Below the pieces are notes generated by a model. It saw only the letters and a list, made by a program, of their open reading frames with translations, was not told the DNA's origin and ran no database searches. Of a DNA stretch of 64,000 nt, positions 23,791-37,360 are shown one piece after another (within the stretch, counting starts at the first letter, position 1; every line of letters begins with the position of its first letter). The position numbers and the translations under genes are program-made. The stretch is from Mobula hypostoma (taxonomy: Eukaryota). The DNA lies in the NCBI RefSeq assembly GCF_963921235.1, contig NC_086097.1, positions 158,226,001-158,290,000 on the forward strand. The letters are read 5' to 3'.

Positions 23791-24931
23791 AATTCTCAGT
23801 GAATTCTAGTTACCGCATTACAAGAAAGATATGATTTCATTCAAAAGGTCTCAATAAAGGATTATGATGTCAGAACTGGAAAATATTAGCTGTGAGGATA
23901 CATTAAATCAGCAGGGCTGTCTTCTTTGGAATAAAGGAGATTAAGCGAGATATAATTGAGGTGTTTGAAATTATATTATGTTCAGATATGAATAGAAAGG
24001 ACCTGCTTCCTTTGACAGAACCAGAGGGATTGAAAATGGCAGGAAGATTAGAGGGGAAATGGCTGCAAGTACTTTCAGAACTGATTGGGTTGAGGCAGAA
24101 ACTCCATATTATAGAAGTATATTAATACAGTATGTACTTGTAGAGCTGTGACCTGCAAAGCTGCTCACTGAAATTGAAATGGCTTGGGCAATTACTCAAC
24201 TGGTCATTGTAAGTTATTCTGTGATTAGGTTAGTGTTAAAATAGTTGTGTTGGAAGGACCTGTTGTGAGCTTTATCACTAAATGAGTAAATCCGACATCA
24301 GATCTCCCTATTGAAATATAATGTTAACTTTAACAAAGTTTTCAGTGCTAAAATTTAACAGCCTTACATGTTTGTTGAAGTAAGATCACCAAGTTTTTTT
24401 GTTTTATGAACCAATTTAACCTATTTCATAAGGAAATGAAATAGCAGAATTTATGTCGGATATTCTAATACCCTTCTTACATTTCAATTGTGCTGCTGTA
24501 TTTTTGCCTTTAGGAGTTTTATTATTTCAATAAACAAGAGCAAAACTCGAAGGTTGGACAGCAAATCTGAGGAGCACAATGACATTGATTTGATTGCCAA
24601 GACCTAGATTGCTTCACTTTGAGTACTGCTGGTGGATGTGAATTTTTTTTTGCCGCTGAGCGTGATGGAAGTTCTGACATTCTATGATGTGAGACATCAG
24701 GTAAAGTAGCGGTAGAATGCAAAGCACCCTACCTGGACAAGGGTGCATCTGTGTCTTTTTTTTAAAAAAAAGAGTGCATTCGAGCTGCAAGAGTATCTGT
24801 TTCAGTATTGTATCCAAAGTGGAGAAGTTCTTTTGTGGGGAGAAACTACAGCTTATTATTTTTTAATAAATCCGGAAAATCATACAGGAGTGAGAAGACC
24901 ATGTTTTGCAGATCTTGTAGTTTTTGATTAT

Positions 24932-25492
24932 ACACACAGTGGCTACATTATTAGGTACACTTGTATACCTGCTCATGAATAGAAGTATCCTATCAGCCAA
25001 TCATGTGGCATCAACACAATGCATAAAGACATACAGACATGGTTAAGAGATTCAGTTGTTGTGCAGACCAAACATCAGAATGGGGAAGAAATGTGATCTA
25101 ATTGACCATGGAATGTTTGCTGGTGCCAGATGGGGTAGTTTAAATATCTCAGAAATTGCTGATCTTCAGGGGTTTCACACATAAGTCTCTAGAGTTTACA
25201 GAGAATGGTCTGCAAAGCAAAAAAAAACATCCAGTGAGCAGCAGTACTGAGGGCAAAAATGCCTTGCTAATGTGAAAGGTCAGAGGTAAATGGCTAAACT
25301 GATTCAAGCTGACAGGAAGGCAACAGCAACTCAAATAGTCACATATTACAACAGTGGTGTGGAGAAGAACATCTCTGAATGCACAACATGTCGATTCTTG
25401 AAGTGCATGTGCTACAGCAGCAGAAGACCACGAAAGTAGACTCGGTGGCTACTTTATAAGGTATAGGAGGTACCTAATAATATTACTGAGTG
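24932..25492 (+). mobile_element. Tc1-like non-autonomous deletion derivative
   Basis: TIR-like ends (acacacagtggctacattattaggtac / gtacctaataa...actgagtg). From the ATG at 25080 there is a frameshifted MGKKCDL...GARWG..ISEIADL.GF...SRVYREW HTH. Confidence 0.8.
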
Positions 25493-25884
25493 AACTTTCG
25501 GTGTAGTATAGCTTATCACGTAGGTTAAGAGGTTGTTTAAAATAAAGATTTGTGCATCCTTAATTAAACTGTGCTGTGCAAGAACCCTTGCCCTCACAAA
25601 GATCTCATTTTAGGATGTGAGCCAATGGTACTTTGGAGAATGCTCTGAAGGGGAACTTATGAAAGATGCTTCCCAATTATCGTATGTACCAGAAGCTGCA
25701 CATTGTGCCATGGGAGAGTGAATGTGCAGAACAGAGAAAAGTTATGGGCATTAAAGAAGTTCAGCTAAGCTATGAAGCCTGCCGTGACTTGGCACCAGAG
25801 CACACAATTAACCTTAATATTCACCCTGGCCCTCACTCCTTCCTCCTTATATTGATTTGTATCTTATTTTCTGGGAGAAGCAAA

Positions 25885-27910
25885 ATCTTTTCTTTATCAA
25901 TCTTTTTATTAATTTTTAAAAAAGTACTTACAAGTAAATACAAACGAGGAGAATTATCTCAAATATCTATATCGATAACAATACATATAGAAGGTAAAAT
26001 AAATATTATCAAGATCATACATGGTAATAGTCTAATAATATATAATAAAAAATAAGATAATTCTCCTCTTATCATTTCATAAAAAGAAAAAGAGATAAAG
26101 AAACTTTTATAATTTTTTTTATATATTAAAACTATTCTCTATAAACAAAAAGAAAAAGCAAAGAAAAGGGGACTGGGCAGCCCTTACTGAGAGTAAAAGC
26201 AAGAAAAAAGAGAAACTTTCTGATCAAATCCAAAGTTTTGAGAAAGTAACTGGAAGAGCAATAAATCAAACCATATGGAAATATTGAATAAAAGGTAGCC
26301 AGGTTTCTTCAAATTTAAAGGATGTATCAAATGCTTGACTTCTTATTTTCTCTAAGCTTAGGACGTAATGGAGGAAAGCCAATAAAAAACAGAATCCTTC
26401 CATTTAAGCAAAATGGCTCTCCTAGCTAATAAAGTTGTGAAAGCTATCATCTGTTGAGTGGAAACAGTAATATATCCTACTTCCATCCAGTGAAATGATC
26501 CCAAAAATTGCTGTAAATAAATTTGGTTCTAGGTCCAAATTCAAGACTTTCGATAATGTTTTAAAGACATCTTTCCAAAAATTATCTATCTTGATACAAG
26601 ACCAAAACATATGAGTTAAGAGTAACCACCTCAATATTACATCTGTCGCAAATAGGATTAATATAGGGAAAATACGGGCTAATTTATCTTCTGACATTTG
26701 TGCCCGATATACTACCTTGAACTGTATCAAGGAATAATGAGCACAAATAGATGAAGTATTTACCAAATGAAAAATTTTATCCCATTGATTATCTGAAAGT
26801 GACTATCAAAATTCCAATTCCCACACGCCTTTAATTTTATTGTTAGATTCCTTTCGCAAATTCAATAACCGTTTGTAAATTATAGCTATCAGTTCTTTTT
26901 GAAATGGTTTAACCTAAAAAAGGGTATCTATCATATTGGGTGGATAAGCAAAGGGAAAAATTGGAAGTAAACTATGTAAAAAATTCCTAATTTGTAAATA
27001 TCTAAAAGAGTGTGCAGTAGATAAGTCATATTTGTCCACTAACTGAGTGAAAGACATTAAACAATCTCCCATAAACAAATCTAAAAAAGTAATTGTTCCT
27101 TTGGTTTTCCAAATTAAAAAGGTCTGATCGGAAATCGATGGTTTAAAAAAAAATTAAGATGGATTTTACTAGAAAGAACAAAGTTATTAAACTCAAAAAA
27201 TCTACGAAACTGAAACCAAATTCTTATTGTATGTTTAAAAATTTATTTTTTTTAGATTATGAGGACACTCAGTCCTCATGTTTTGTCATTTAGAAATGCA
27301 TGCATGCATTAAGAAATGATACAATGTACCTCCAGAGTGATATCACAAAAAAATAGGACAAACCAAAGACTAACACTGACAAGACCACATAATTGTAACA
27401 TAAAGTTACAGCAGTGCAAAGCAATACCATAATTTGATAAAGAGCAGACCATGGGAACGGTAAAAAAAGTCTCAAAGTTCCGATCGACTCCCGATAGTCC
27501 CAATAGCAGGCAGCAGAAGGGAGAAACTCTCTCTGCCACAAACCTCCATGCACCAATAACTGTCGATGCATTAGAAGCACCCGACCACAGCCGACTCTGA
27601 GTCAGTCTGAAAACGTCGAGCCTCCGACCAGCCCTTTGACACCAAGCATCATCGCTGCCGAGCTCTTCGACCCTGTCCCGGCCGTCAAGCAATAAGCAAA
27701 GCCAAGGACTCGGGGCCTTCCCCTCCGGAGATTCTGGATAGGTTAGACACAGATAATGGGATTGAGGTCTTGACTACCAATCTTAGAAAACAAAAAAGGA
27801 AGAGGAGCTCACAGTAAAGAGGCCAAAGAATACTCCTTCACCGAGTTTTTCTCCAAATCCACCCATAAAGGACAATCAGAGAAGCAATAATCTTAGAAAG
27901 CTAATGTTGG
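25885..27910 (-). mobile_element. L1-clade LINE 3' portion (ORF2 C-terminus and UTR), interrupted at ~27240-27740
   Basis: VNTSSICAHYSLIQFKVVYRA...LTHMFWSC...NFWKDVFKTLS...AIFG resembles the Cys-rich C-terminus of fish L1 ORF2. Confidence 0.8.
27240..27740 (-). mobile_element. Unclassified GC-richer retroposon fragment nested in L1
   Basis: Abrupt compositional switch inside the AT-rich L1, a T-rich left end (A-rich tail on minus), and CpGs retained. Confidence 0.5.
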
Positions 27911-28611
27911 TACTGCTGAATAAAGAATCCCTCTCCACAATCAAACCAGTCCCATAGGCAGTGATTAGGCATATGTAATAGCAAATGCACAAATCTCTTA
28001 ACCAAGGTGTAGCCTCCTTCTGAACATATTCGAGCTGCAAGGCACGCGTTGGGTGAAGAAAATAACTGTTCAACACATTTCATATTCCTGTGTTATAGTA
28101 GATTAAACGTGCTCCCTCGTCTTCTTCAGTGTGTCAAACTGTAATGAACTGCCACAAGGCAAGACATTGCCGGATGAAAATGGCAGAGTTTGTCATCAAA
28201 ATGTCTGTCATAATCGATACCTGTACTTGGCTGGAAGCTTGAGAAAAGTTTATTCATCATATACACCAGGAAAGCATTAGATCATTTTTCAATAAATTTC
28301 AAGCTTATGGTGAGATCAAGTGTCTAACTTATCGTACAAAAAACGTGTTCTACAGTCTGATAACATTAGGATAGAAGCTGTCCTTGAGACTGATAATAAT
28401 ATGCTTTATGCTCTTGTATTTTTTTTGCCCGGTGGCAGAGAGCAAGCGAACTAGTATCTTAGGTGGGTGGGGTGCATGATTATGCTGGCTGTTTTACTGG
28501 CAATGAGAAATATAGACAGAGTTCATGGCAACAAGGCTGGTTTCTTTGATGTGCTAAGCTGTATCCACATCTCTGCATTTTCTTGTGGTTGTGTGCAGAG
28601 CAGTTACCATA

Positions 28612-29340
28612 GTTCAAGTTCCAATTTAATTGTCATTCAACCATATATGAATGCCATGAATACAGCCAATCGAAACAGTGTTACTCCAGGACCAATGTGC
28701 AAAAAACGGTACCAACGTTCATACACAGCACAGGGCACATGTACAATAGCAAGCACATAGATGATATCAGTAAAATATATTCACACAAATAATGTATAGT
28801 CCAAGACCCTGAGTCCATGAATGTTGCAGCAATCTGCAATCAAGCACAATATAGTTTACCTTCTGCTGAGCCACACTGGGGGTATCACTGACTGACACCT
28901 CTCCCCTGAGTGGCTGTAAACAAGTGACGTCATGGCTTGAGGCCTAGTGGTTGCTACGACTGAGACCTTGCAGCTCCCCTGCCAGCCACCAATAAATCAG
29001 TGAATCGGACATAGCATTCCGCATTAACTGTGTTCAATGAGGTCTTGCGATGACAAGAAAAGTGACAAAGATAATTACTCGCTGTTAGACTGCACACCAC
29101 CTTCAAGTACCAACTCCTCCGACACTTCTCTGTCAAAGGCAGCAGCGTGATCTGCACCAAATCCAGCTCCTTCAGTTTCTCTGTCAATGAGCAACTCAAT
29201 GATGAGGCAAAGCTGCAATACTTGAAGATCTTAATGTCCAGCAGGATCTTGTGATCATAAAAAAAAATACCTCTTAAAAAGACAATAACACCTTCGGTTA
29301 ACCCCATAGAAACCACTGCAACCAAGCACGCTGCCATCTC
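28612..29340 (-). mobile_element. Non-coding retroposon with Rex1-like tail, nested in a Rex1 fragment (28300-28611, 29341-29400)
   Basis: The minus strand begins gagatggcagcg and ends aattaaattggaacttgaac, the (TTGAAC)-type tail also seen at 52870-52885. Confidence 0.5.
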
Positions 29341-29879
29341 ACCAGATAGAAGGCTTTATGTGCGACATCAATTAAAAATTGGTAGCTGTGTATATTGGGG
29401 TCTTATTGACACATTTTATATGTGTGGGTCAGCAGAAAGAGTAGAGAATACAAGTCCCTACCCTAGCCAGCCTGTCTATTGTTTTAGACTAACTGGGAGT
29501 TTTTATGTTATATTGGCAGAGCCTGTGCTTCCCTAGAGCAGAGCCCCACACAGAATGTAAATTTACTTCATGAGAAATGCATGAACACAAGAATCAACTC
29601 TAAGACATTGTGTGCTCAAGGGACAATGCCAGAGTAAAAAATGTTTCACTGAAGCTGAACATGGTATGTGATGCCAGGCAACTTGGGGAATTGACAGTGT
29701 GATTAATAGTACTGTTTTTCTGAGGATGTTTGAAGTCAAGTTGATCATTATTGTTCACCCTTCCTGTGTTGTGCTATCTTTCCATAGTGCTTTGTTTAAA
29801 CAAATGGCAGTTGATAGATAAAACTTTCCAGTCTTCTAGAATAGCTTTAGCTATTTTTACTTAGAAAATCAGTCTGCCC

Positions 29880-30470
29880 TGGTCTGTGCAGATGGAGTGG
29901 AAACAGCTTATCCTCTGTTTCAAAGGCCTTTTATCAGAACAGGGAAAGAGAAAAAGGTAAGAAAGGAGATAGCTCTGGTACAGTGACACTCGCTCGATGA
30001 GTCACTGTTTCACTTGAAAGGACTGTTCAGGTCCCTGGATAGTTTGAGTGGTGAAGGAACAAATGTTGCATCTCCTGAAATGTTGGAGGAAGTTGTATGA
30101 TATGGGAAATCAGAGACGGGACAAACAGACCAAGAAATCATGAAAGGAGCGAACCCTTATAAATACTGAAAGGTGGGGACAATAGGTGACTAGTAGTGGA
30201 ATCTGGTCAGAATCTTCCATCCTCACCTCTTCCAGTTTTCAGAACGTGGCCTTCACTACATCGGAGAAACAAAGCCCAGATGGGATAGAGCACCTGTACC
30301 CAGTTCTCAGGAATGATCCTAAACTTCCAGTTCCCTGCCACATTAATTTATTATAATATCTCAGTCTGACTTTTATGTGTGTGGCCCAATGCAAGCTTCA
30401 GAAACAACACGTATCTGCTGTCTGGACTCACTGTAACCTAAAGAACACTGTGCCTACTTCTCGAACTTTG
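29880..30470. mobile_element. Heavily decayed Penelope-like element with an internal inversion
   Basis: Minus-strand pLTR and linker remnants at 29880-30200, then plus-strand GLHYIGETK...EHL...LPV..H at 30245-30350. Confidence 0.55.
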
Positions 30471-30909
30471 GATAACTTCCTCTTTGTTTGTATCAGTAGT
30501 GACCATTTCCCTTTGCCATCACCTTGGCTCAGTGTTGCTTTTTCTCTTTGTATCATCTGGCAAGCTGGGCATGTCTTACAACCTTACTGTTAGCAATATA
30601 TTATGCATTTAGAAGTTTAAATTGATCTTAATTGCTCAATATCTACCTTCATTAGAGATCAAACCCCACACTATCAGAGAAATTTCCTTTGTTTTACCCA
30701 TTCCACTCCCCCATAGACGTTACCTACTTTACTCAGAATATTCAGCATTTGCTATTTTACTTCAAATTTTCAGCATTTGCACATTTTTCAGTTCTCAGTC
30801 TTAAGGGATTGCATGCACAGAAAAAGTGGAAGAAGTTCAAGAATTTGCTTTCTGTCTTATTTTGCCTGTAAAACCATGAAATTTCTTGGCCAGTGGGAAG
30901 ACGGGTTTC

Positions 30910-31326
30910 TGTCCCACCGAGAGCGTTAGATCCATGGATTATGACCACAGGAAAAATAACTGGCGTCTCTTAGCACTTTAGTGCAAGGGTGTTTATTGGG
31001 TGCATCAAAAAAACAAACTTACAAAAATTAGGAAAATAGTGAAAAGAAAGCTGCCAATATTTACAAAAAATTATCTACCAGAAAACAATAATTGCTCTAT
31101 ACTTATTCGTGTCCTTTGTGACCTCCCAGCAGTCCCTCTCTCTCTCACTGAGAGTGAAGAGCCCTGTTTTATTAGGCACTAGGACACACCATCTTTAATT
31201 TCCCTCAAAGTTAACTTAAAACTACATGAGGTAGAATATGACGCACCCTGCATTGTAGTTACAATAATATTACAGAATAAACAGAAGTATCTACCTTAAA
31301 TACAGTATACAAACAACATTTACACA
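30910..31326 (-). mobile_element. Possible LTR
   Basis: TG...CA ends, minus-strand AATAAA at ~30993, and a purine-rich run adjoining the right end on the minus strand. No TSD. Confidence 0.35.
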
Positions 31327-31926
31327 TCCCCATTATTAAAGAAATGGAACATTTCGTCGTAGGAAGGAAAGAAACCAGAAAACCAACCCAAGCTGCTTGG
31401 TTTAAGACCCATTATGAGAGTACTATGAGGAAGACACTGAAGTGTGTGCACTCGGTGCATGACAGCAGAGTGATAAGGCAATGTTTGTGTGTGTGAGGAG
31501 TGTGTTTACTGAGTGCTCTCTGCCAGATGGAGTTTATGCTTGATGGGAATAAGGGGACAACTCTGGTACAAGAAACACCTATCTCTTCCCCCTGGGCATG
31601 AAACCTAGAAGCTATCTTGGCCTTTTTTTTAACATGCCTTAACCTAGCACCAACTTTCTAAGAGGCTTACACTTCAAGAAGATGTCTTAAAAGGTGAAAG
31701 TGTGGTCCCTTTAGAGGGCCAGTACTGAAGTTTTGATATTGTGTAGATTACTTGCTATTACTGATCTGATTTAAGTTGATGAGCTATTCTATCTGGAGTG
31801 CAGACCTCAGTTATTTCTGAGTGTACATGCCTGAAGCATGGCTTACTTTCAGGGGAGAACAGGCCAATATTACCAGTTGGTGATAACTGAACAATGAAAA
31901 AGAGTGATAGTATGGCAGATCATTAA

Positions 31927-32672
31927 TCTTTGACCTTTGCTACATTTGTCAGATCATCAAGTTTCTTCTTGTTATCCAGGACAGTCATATGGACGATGTA
32001 ATTGTTGTGGCGTGGTTGTAATCACCGGAGAGAGAGAGTTACTGGTAGATACAAAGCAGCTTCTTTATTTGACAAAACAAGGTTCAGCAGGCATCATACA
32101 GACAGAGATGCTTTGGGTGGAAAGGTCTGCTGCCCAATGTGGGGCTCAATATTTATTTGCTACACACACAAAGGGCAATTCCATATTTACAAAGTATAGA
32201 CAAGGCTTTCTTTTGAAGCTACATACAAACCTCACACCTCCCGATTACACTCATCCGACCGGCGCCAGCAGCATTGTTCCGAACCAAATCCACAATGCAT
32301 TTATTTGGTATTTTATGTGCTAACATAGAGGACAATTCATACTTACAAAGTATAAATAATGCTGTCTTCGAAACACCCTGTAAACTTCACACTTCCATCC
32401 CAGAGGCAACAGAAGCGTCTGGGCTAGTATTCCAGTATTTACAGCTTTTAGGAACAGCATTGTTACAAATGAACTGGGTTTACAGCTTTTAGGAAATGCA
32501 TTGCTATGAACTCAATCCACAGTATTTTGTCAAAGAACAGAAGACTGGTGGCCAAAGTCATTTAAGTGTAAATGAATCATCTACCCAAAAACTCACTCTT
32601 TGACCTTTGCTACATTTGTCAGATCATCAAGTTTCTTCTTGTTATCCCGGGCAGTCATATGGACGTTGTAAT
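31927..32672. repeat. 76-bp direct repeats (31927-32002, 32597-32672) flanking a 594-bp LTR-like insert
   Basis: 73/76 identical by direct comparison. The insert starts tgttgtgg and has a minus-strand AATAAA at ~32063. Confidence 0.85.
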
Positions 32673-34317
32673 GACCTTCAGTATCTTTCCTGTCTCCATT
32701 TAGATGATTTGAGTGTCTGAGACAATTGATTAAGTCTTGTCCACCTAACATGTTCAGTCCAATGGCATACCTTTGATGCTGCCACTTAGAAACTTAACAA
32801 GCAACCACCCCTTTGCTCTGCTCCTAAACTCCATTGATTCATATGTTTTAGCGGAGCCCTTTCTTCCCTGTCAGAGAAGCTGTTCAGTTGCTTGATGGAA
32901 TTCAGCTTCTTTGCTTTACCAGTGATGTACCAATTGGACTTTTGCCCAGGGAGGTGCTAGTAATTTGTAGTTTCTGTTGTTCTGCTGCATTTACAAATGT
33001 TAGTTATTATGATCTAGAAAGAACCCATTTAGCCTTTTGGTCATGGCACTGGGTGGAACAGTAATTTCATTAAATGTTATTCAGCTGCTTAAAATTTACC
33101 TGAAATTCAACCTGATACCCCAGAGTCCTGATGAGTTAAGGCCAAGTATGCCGTGAAATCATGAAGAGTGTGAGAATTGCCTTGATGTCCTCACATATAA
33201 TTAATCCTCCACTAACATTATAGAATAACCAGATTGTTTGCTTTAATATTGCTGTCTGCAGGAGATTGCTTAGCAGAAGTTTTCTCCCACTATTCTGTGT
33301 TTTAATCAGTCTTCAGAGGCTCTAGGAGCTCCTTGGGAGATCCAGAAAGGGATGTGAAAGACATCACATTTTCTACCACTTTTTCATCTAGAAAAGATAA
33401 AGAAAACCCAACACACTAAGTATCACCCTGTCTGTCATCTCACTCATTTGAAAGTAGCCATCAGTATTGTCATCAAGAAATAACCGTTGCATCAATAATC
33501 ATTTGGTTAATATTTGGGTTCGATTACGTAGGAGTTACTTAATTGTGACCTCATCACATTTTTGAAGGTGTTGCGCTGCGAGGACAGTCTGTGAGAGAAG
33601 GGACAATATTGAATGGGTTCACTACTACAGAATTTCATTGAAGCTAAAAATCAATAGGCAGTGCAAGAAATGTACCGTGGCTGGAGTCATTCCTGTCCAA
33701 GATTTTGATAGTCAACTAGTGATTATTGCTGCCCTAGGACATCATTAGCAGTCCACAGGGAAACATCCTTTGCTCAACTATCTCAAACTGCTGAATCATA
33801 GTTGCCTAGAAACAGCACTAGGCAAAATCTGTCCTTTTTATATGTAAACAACAAATTAAAAGCAATTCTATACATGTTTGAAGTGCTTGTTCATATTTCT
33901 TGTTGACGTGCTCCCCATTGGGAAATTGGATTGGGCACTTCCTGTTACAGTTCACCACATGGTTGTAGTCATTCCCCTGTTGGATTTCCTGCATGTGATA
34001 ATATCATGAGTGTGCATCGTACCCATCAGTTACTGTAGGGCAGAGATTGGATAGTGATTTTTGACCTTAGTAATTAACACATAGCTTTGACAAAGAGAAT
34101 ATCACAGTGAATGCAGTAAATTCTTTGTAATCTCAAGTGCATTGCCTACAACTGAGGCACGGGGGAAATCTTGGTGTTAGCCAGCCCTGCCCTGATTGTG
34201 GCTGCAGGGTTGCCTGTGGTCAGTCAAAACCCCGTCTGTTCATGATAATTGCCATTTAAAACTCAGCCCTTCCCGAGACCACATCCTGGTCCCAGCATTT
34301 GCACCCACACTCTGAAC

Positions 34318-34840
34318 CTCTTGAACATATCCTGACTGGTTGCATCACGGCCTGGTAGAGCAATTTAAATGCACAGGAATGTAAGAAGCTGCAGAGAGTA
34401 GTGGGCTCAGCTGAATGGTTCCCAGGTGTGTGCCTCCTCAACATAGATGGTTATCTACTGGAGCTGGAGCTGCTGCCTCAAGAGGGAGACATCCATCATT
34501 GAAGATTCCCACCATTCAGGCCATGCCACATCATCTTTACGCTGCTACCATTGGGCAGGAGGTAGAACAGCTTGAAATCACATACCAACAGGTCAAGAAT
34601 AGCTTCTTCCTTTCAACCTTATGGTTCTTTAAACAAACTGGCGCAACAGTTTGACAACACGGCGGTCATTTTGCACTAAAATAGACTTCCATTTCATACT
34701 AATTGTGCTCCTTCTAGTAAAAATGGTATGTCATTTGTTTTTCTTGTGAATGTTGCTTATCTGATGTAATGTGCCTGTGATGCTGCAACAAGTAAGATTT
34801 TCATAACACTTGTGTAGATTTATAATTGCTCATATGACAG
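34318..34840 (+). mobile_element. Rex1/Babar-type 3' fragment
   Basis: ILTGCITAW...AQECKKLQRVV and KNSFF. Confidence 0.8.
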
Positions 34841-35358
34841 TATAATTGCTCACATGAAGCAGCCTGATAGGTCTGACTGAGGGAGTCAAAGTCGAGTTCA
34901 AGATGACCTACTCTTCAACAGATTCTTGATACACCACCCTCTTTTCCTCTCCTCACCTTGCCCCACACACACAATGCTAGGAAACCCCTGAAAATAATAA
35001 CTCTAGTGCTCTTCTCCTCCCACACCTGCATCTAAGATGCTAAAAATAGTCCCGAAACATAGCAGAAACTCTTTGTCAGAATTAAGCTGTTGGAGGTTGA
35101 TTTGAAGATTTGTGTCATTGTCAGTTTAATGCTTTTTTTTTACTCAGATGGTGGGTGCCTGGATTGCGCTGAGGGAGATATTTGTGGAGGCAAATGCAAC
35201 ATAAGTGTCTTAGATAAGCAGACACATATTCAGAGAATGGAGGGATGTGGGTATTTTGTAGGCAGAAGGGATTCTTTTAGCTAAGCATTTAATTACTAGT
35301 TTAATTAGTTTAAACATTGTGAGCTGAAAGGGTTATTTCTGCAGTGTTTGATTTAAAT

Positions 35359-35436
35359 TGGATTCCCAAACTATTTTATACCATGGACTCTTACCATTAA
35401 CCAGACGGTCCATGGACCCCAGGTAGGGAACCTCTG
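35359..35436. mobile_element. ~78-bp palindromic mini-MITE (hAT-like)
   Basis: Ends ggattccca / tagggaacctctg, internal inverted pair ccatggac/gtccatgg, and imperfect 8-bp flanks atttaaat/attgaaac. Confidence 0.45.
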
Positions 35437-35487
35437 ATTGAAACAAATTTAGAAAACAAATCATTTCATTTTTTAACAGGACAGACC

Positions 35488-35600
35488 GGTTCTGATGAAA
35501 GGTCATTCAGAAGAAATGTTAAGTGCATTTCTCTTTAGGCCACTGACTGTTCTGTTGAGTATTTCCAGCATTTATTGCTCTTACTAGAATTCAGCCTCTT
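35488..35600 (+). mobile_element. Old solo pLTR with decayed hammerhead
   Basis: CTGATGA 35492-35498...GAAATGTT, then tgagtatttccagcattt. Confidence 0.55.
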
Positions 35601-36404
35601 TTTATTGTGAACCTTGAGATATTTTGTTTAAAATGTCGGCTAAACTAATTTGATTCCGTGAGACGTTGAAAAGGAAATAAATTGTTTGCCTAAGGTTATT
35701 AGTTAATCTAATGGGTTTAAGGGAGTCTAAACAAAGTTATTTCAGGTCCATGGTTACTCATGGAGACTAATACAGTGTTTGAACTGGCTGTTATGACTAA
35801 AGCCTTGGTTTAATTATGAATGATATGGCAGATTTATATTCATTTATTTATCACATGTACATCAAAACGTGCAGTGAAAATGAATTGATTGCATTAACAA
35901 TCAACATAACCTAAAGATGTTCTGGGGGGCAGGTCACAACTTTTGCTGTACAATCTCTGGACATTGTTTGTACTTGCAGACATTGGAGCTTTTTTCCCCT
36001 AGTGGACTCTCAGACATGGCCATAGTCATCGGGCTAATTGGCATTCAGGCTTTAATCTTCAGTATCGACCCCAGGACTTATGATGATGAATGAGGACCCT
36101 GGATCCAGACCTCAAACTCTGGACTCTCCAATGACTGGGATCCTGAATGCTTGGTCTCAAATGGTAGATGATCAATTTGAGAGGATTCGGTCATTGCTAG
36201 CCTGAATGCCTAGAGAAGCTGACAAGATTGAGTATAAAAGGGGCTCCCTTCGCTGTTTCGAGGTTTAGTACAAGTTCACTCAAGGTCATCTTTTCACAAA
36301 CATTAAACCATTGAAGCACTTGAATTAATGAGGTTAGGTATCTCTCATTGAAGGATATCAGAGAGTGCATGGTAGCACAAGAAAACTTTGTGATAAAAAT
36401 TTAC

Positions 36405-36632
36405 CGGGGTGATGTAATGTAGCACTTTGCATTGCACTATATGCATTGTGTTCAGTCCTGCTTCCTTCCATAAGGAGTTTGTTCATTCTCCCTGTGCTCG
36501 TGTGCATTTCCTTCAGGTGCTCCAGTTTCCTCCCATGTTCCAAAGATGTATGGATTAGTAGGTTCATTAGTCACGTGGGTGTAATGGGCCGCACAGGCTC
36601 CTTGCACTGGCAGGGTTTGTTACCATGCTGAA
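36405..36632 (+). mobile_element. V-SINE-like SINE
   Basis: ggagtttgttcattctccctgtg...ggtgctccagtttcctcccatgttccaaaga. Confidence 0.7.
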
Positions 36633-37360
36633 CCTCCCACTAAAGATTATCTTTGGCAAACTCAGCACCTCCCTTCAAAGTTGCACTAACAGGATAAGTA
36701 GTAACCTTGATTTTGCTCTCATTTTCTGAAGGGATACTGTGTAATTGTCGTCATAGATAATAAAATAATGAAAATAACTGGGCCCAGAACTTATGCAATG
36801 TGACGACTCAAAAATACTTTGTCTATGAGGAGAACAGCATGACCCTGTCATCACACTGCTCTGAATTCTGAACAGAGAAATACCACTTTTATGCAGTTAC
36901 AGATGTCGACCATTGGGTAAATTTTATATGTTTGAATTCCTTACTTACACGATCAGCTGCCATTCACAATAAAGATGTTTAAAGTTCATAGAGACTACAA
37001 GCTGACAACCAGTGACAATTTAAAGTTAGTTAAGCAATTGTCCCTTAGATGTTGGGTGTGTTTCATATCTTTCTGTTGATCTTATCCATTCTGTCTCTGG
37101 CACCCCTTACTGTGTAAAGGGAAGCTATGTTCTTCTAGGTTGATTATACACTGCCTACAGTCATTCTCACCTAAAAGATGGCTCTGCTAGTCTCACTTCG
37201 AAGGTCTCTCTTGACAACAACTGCACCCAGGCAATCCTTGCTTGGATGTTGTCTTTAACCCTTCCCTTACTGCAACTCCCATATAATTTCTCCATAACCT
37301 CAGTGAGGGCTGCTTTGCTTTGTGTTTTAGATCTTTTCTAATATCTGCATACAAAATAAA

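Noticed and set aside
33125..33170. CTGATGA...GAAA hammerhead-like string
   Set aside because: There is no UH cleavage triplet after the TCATGA palindrome, no stem I and no pLTR tail.
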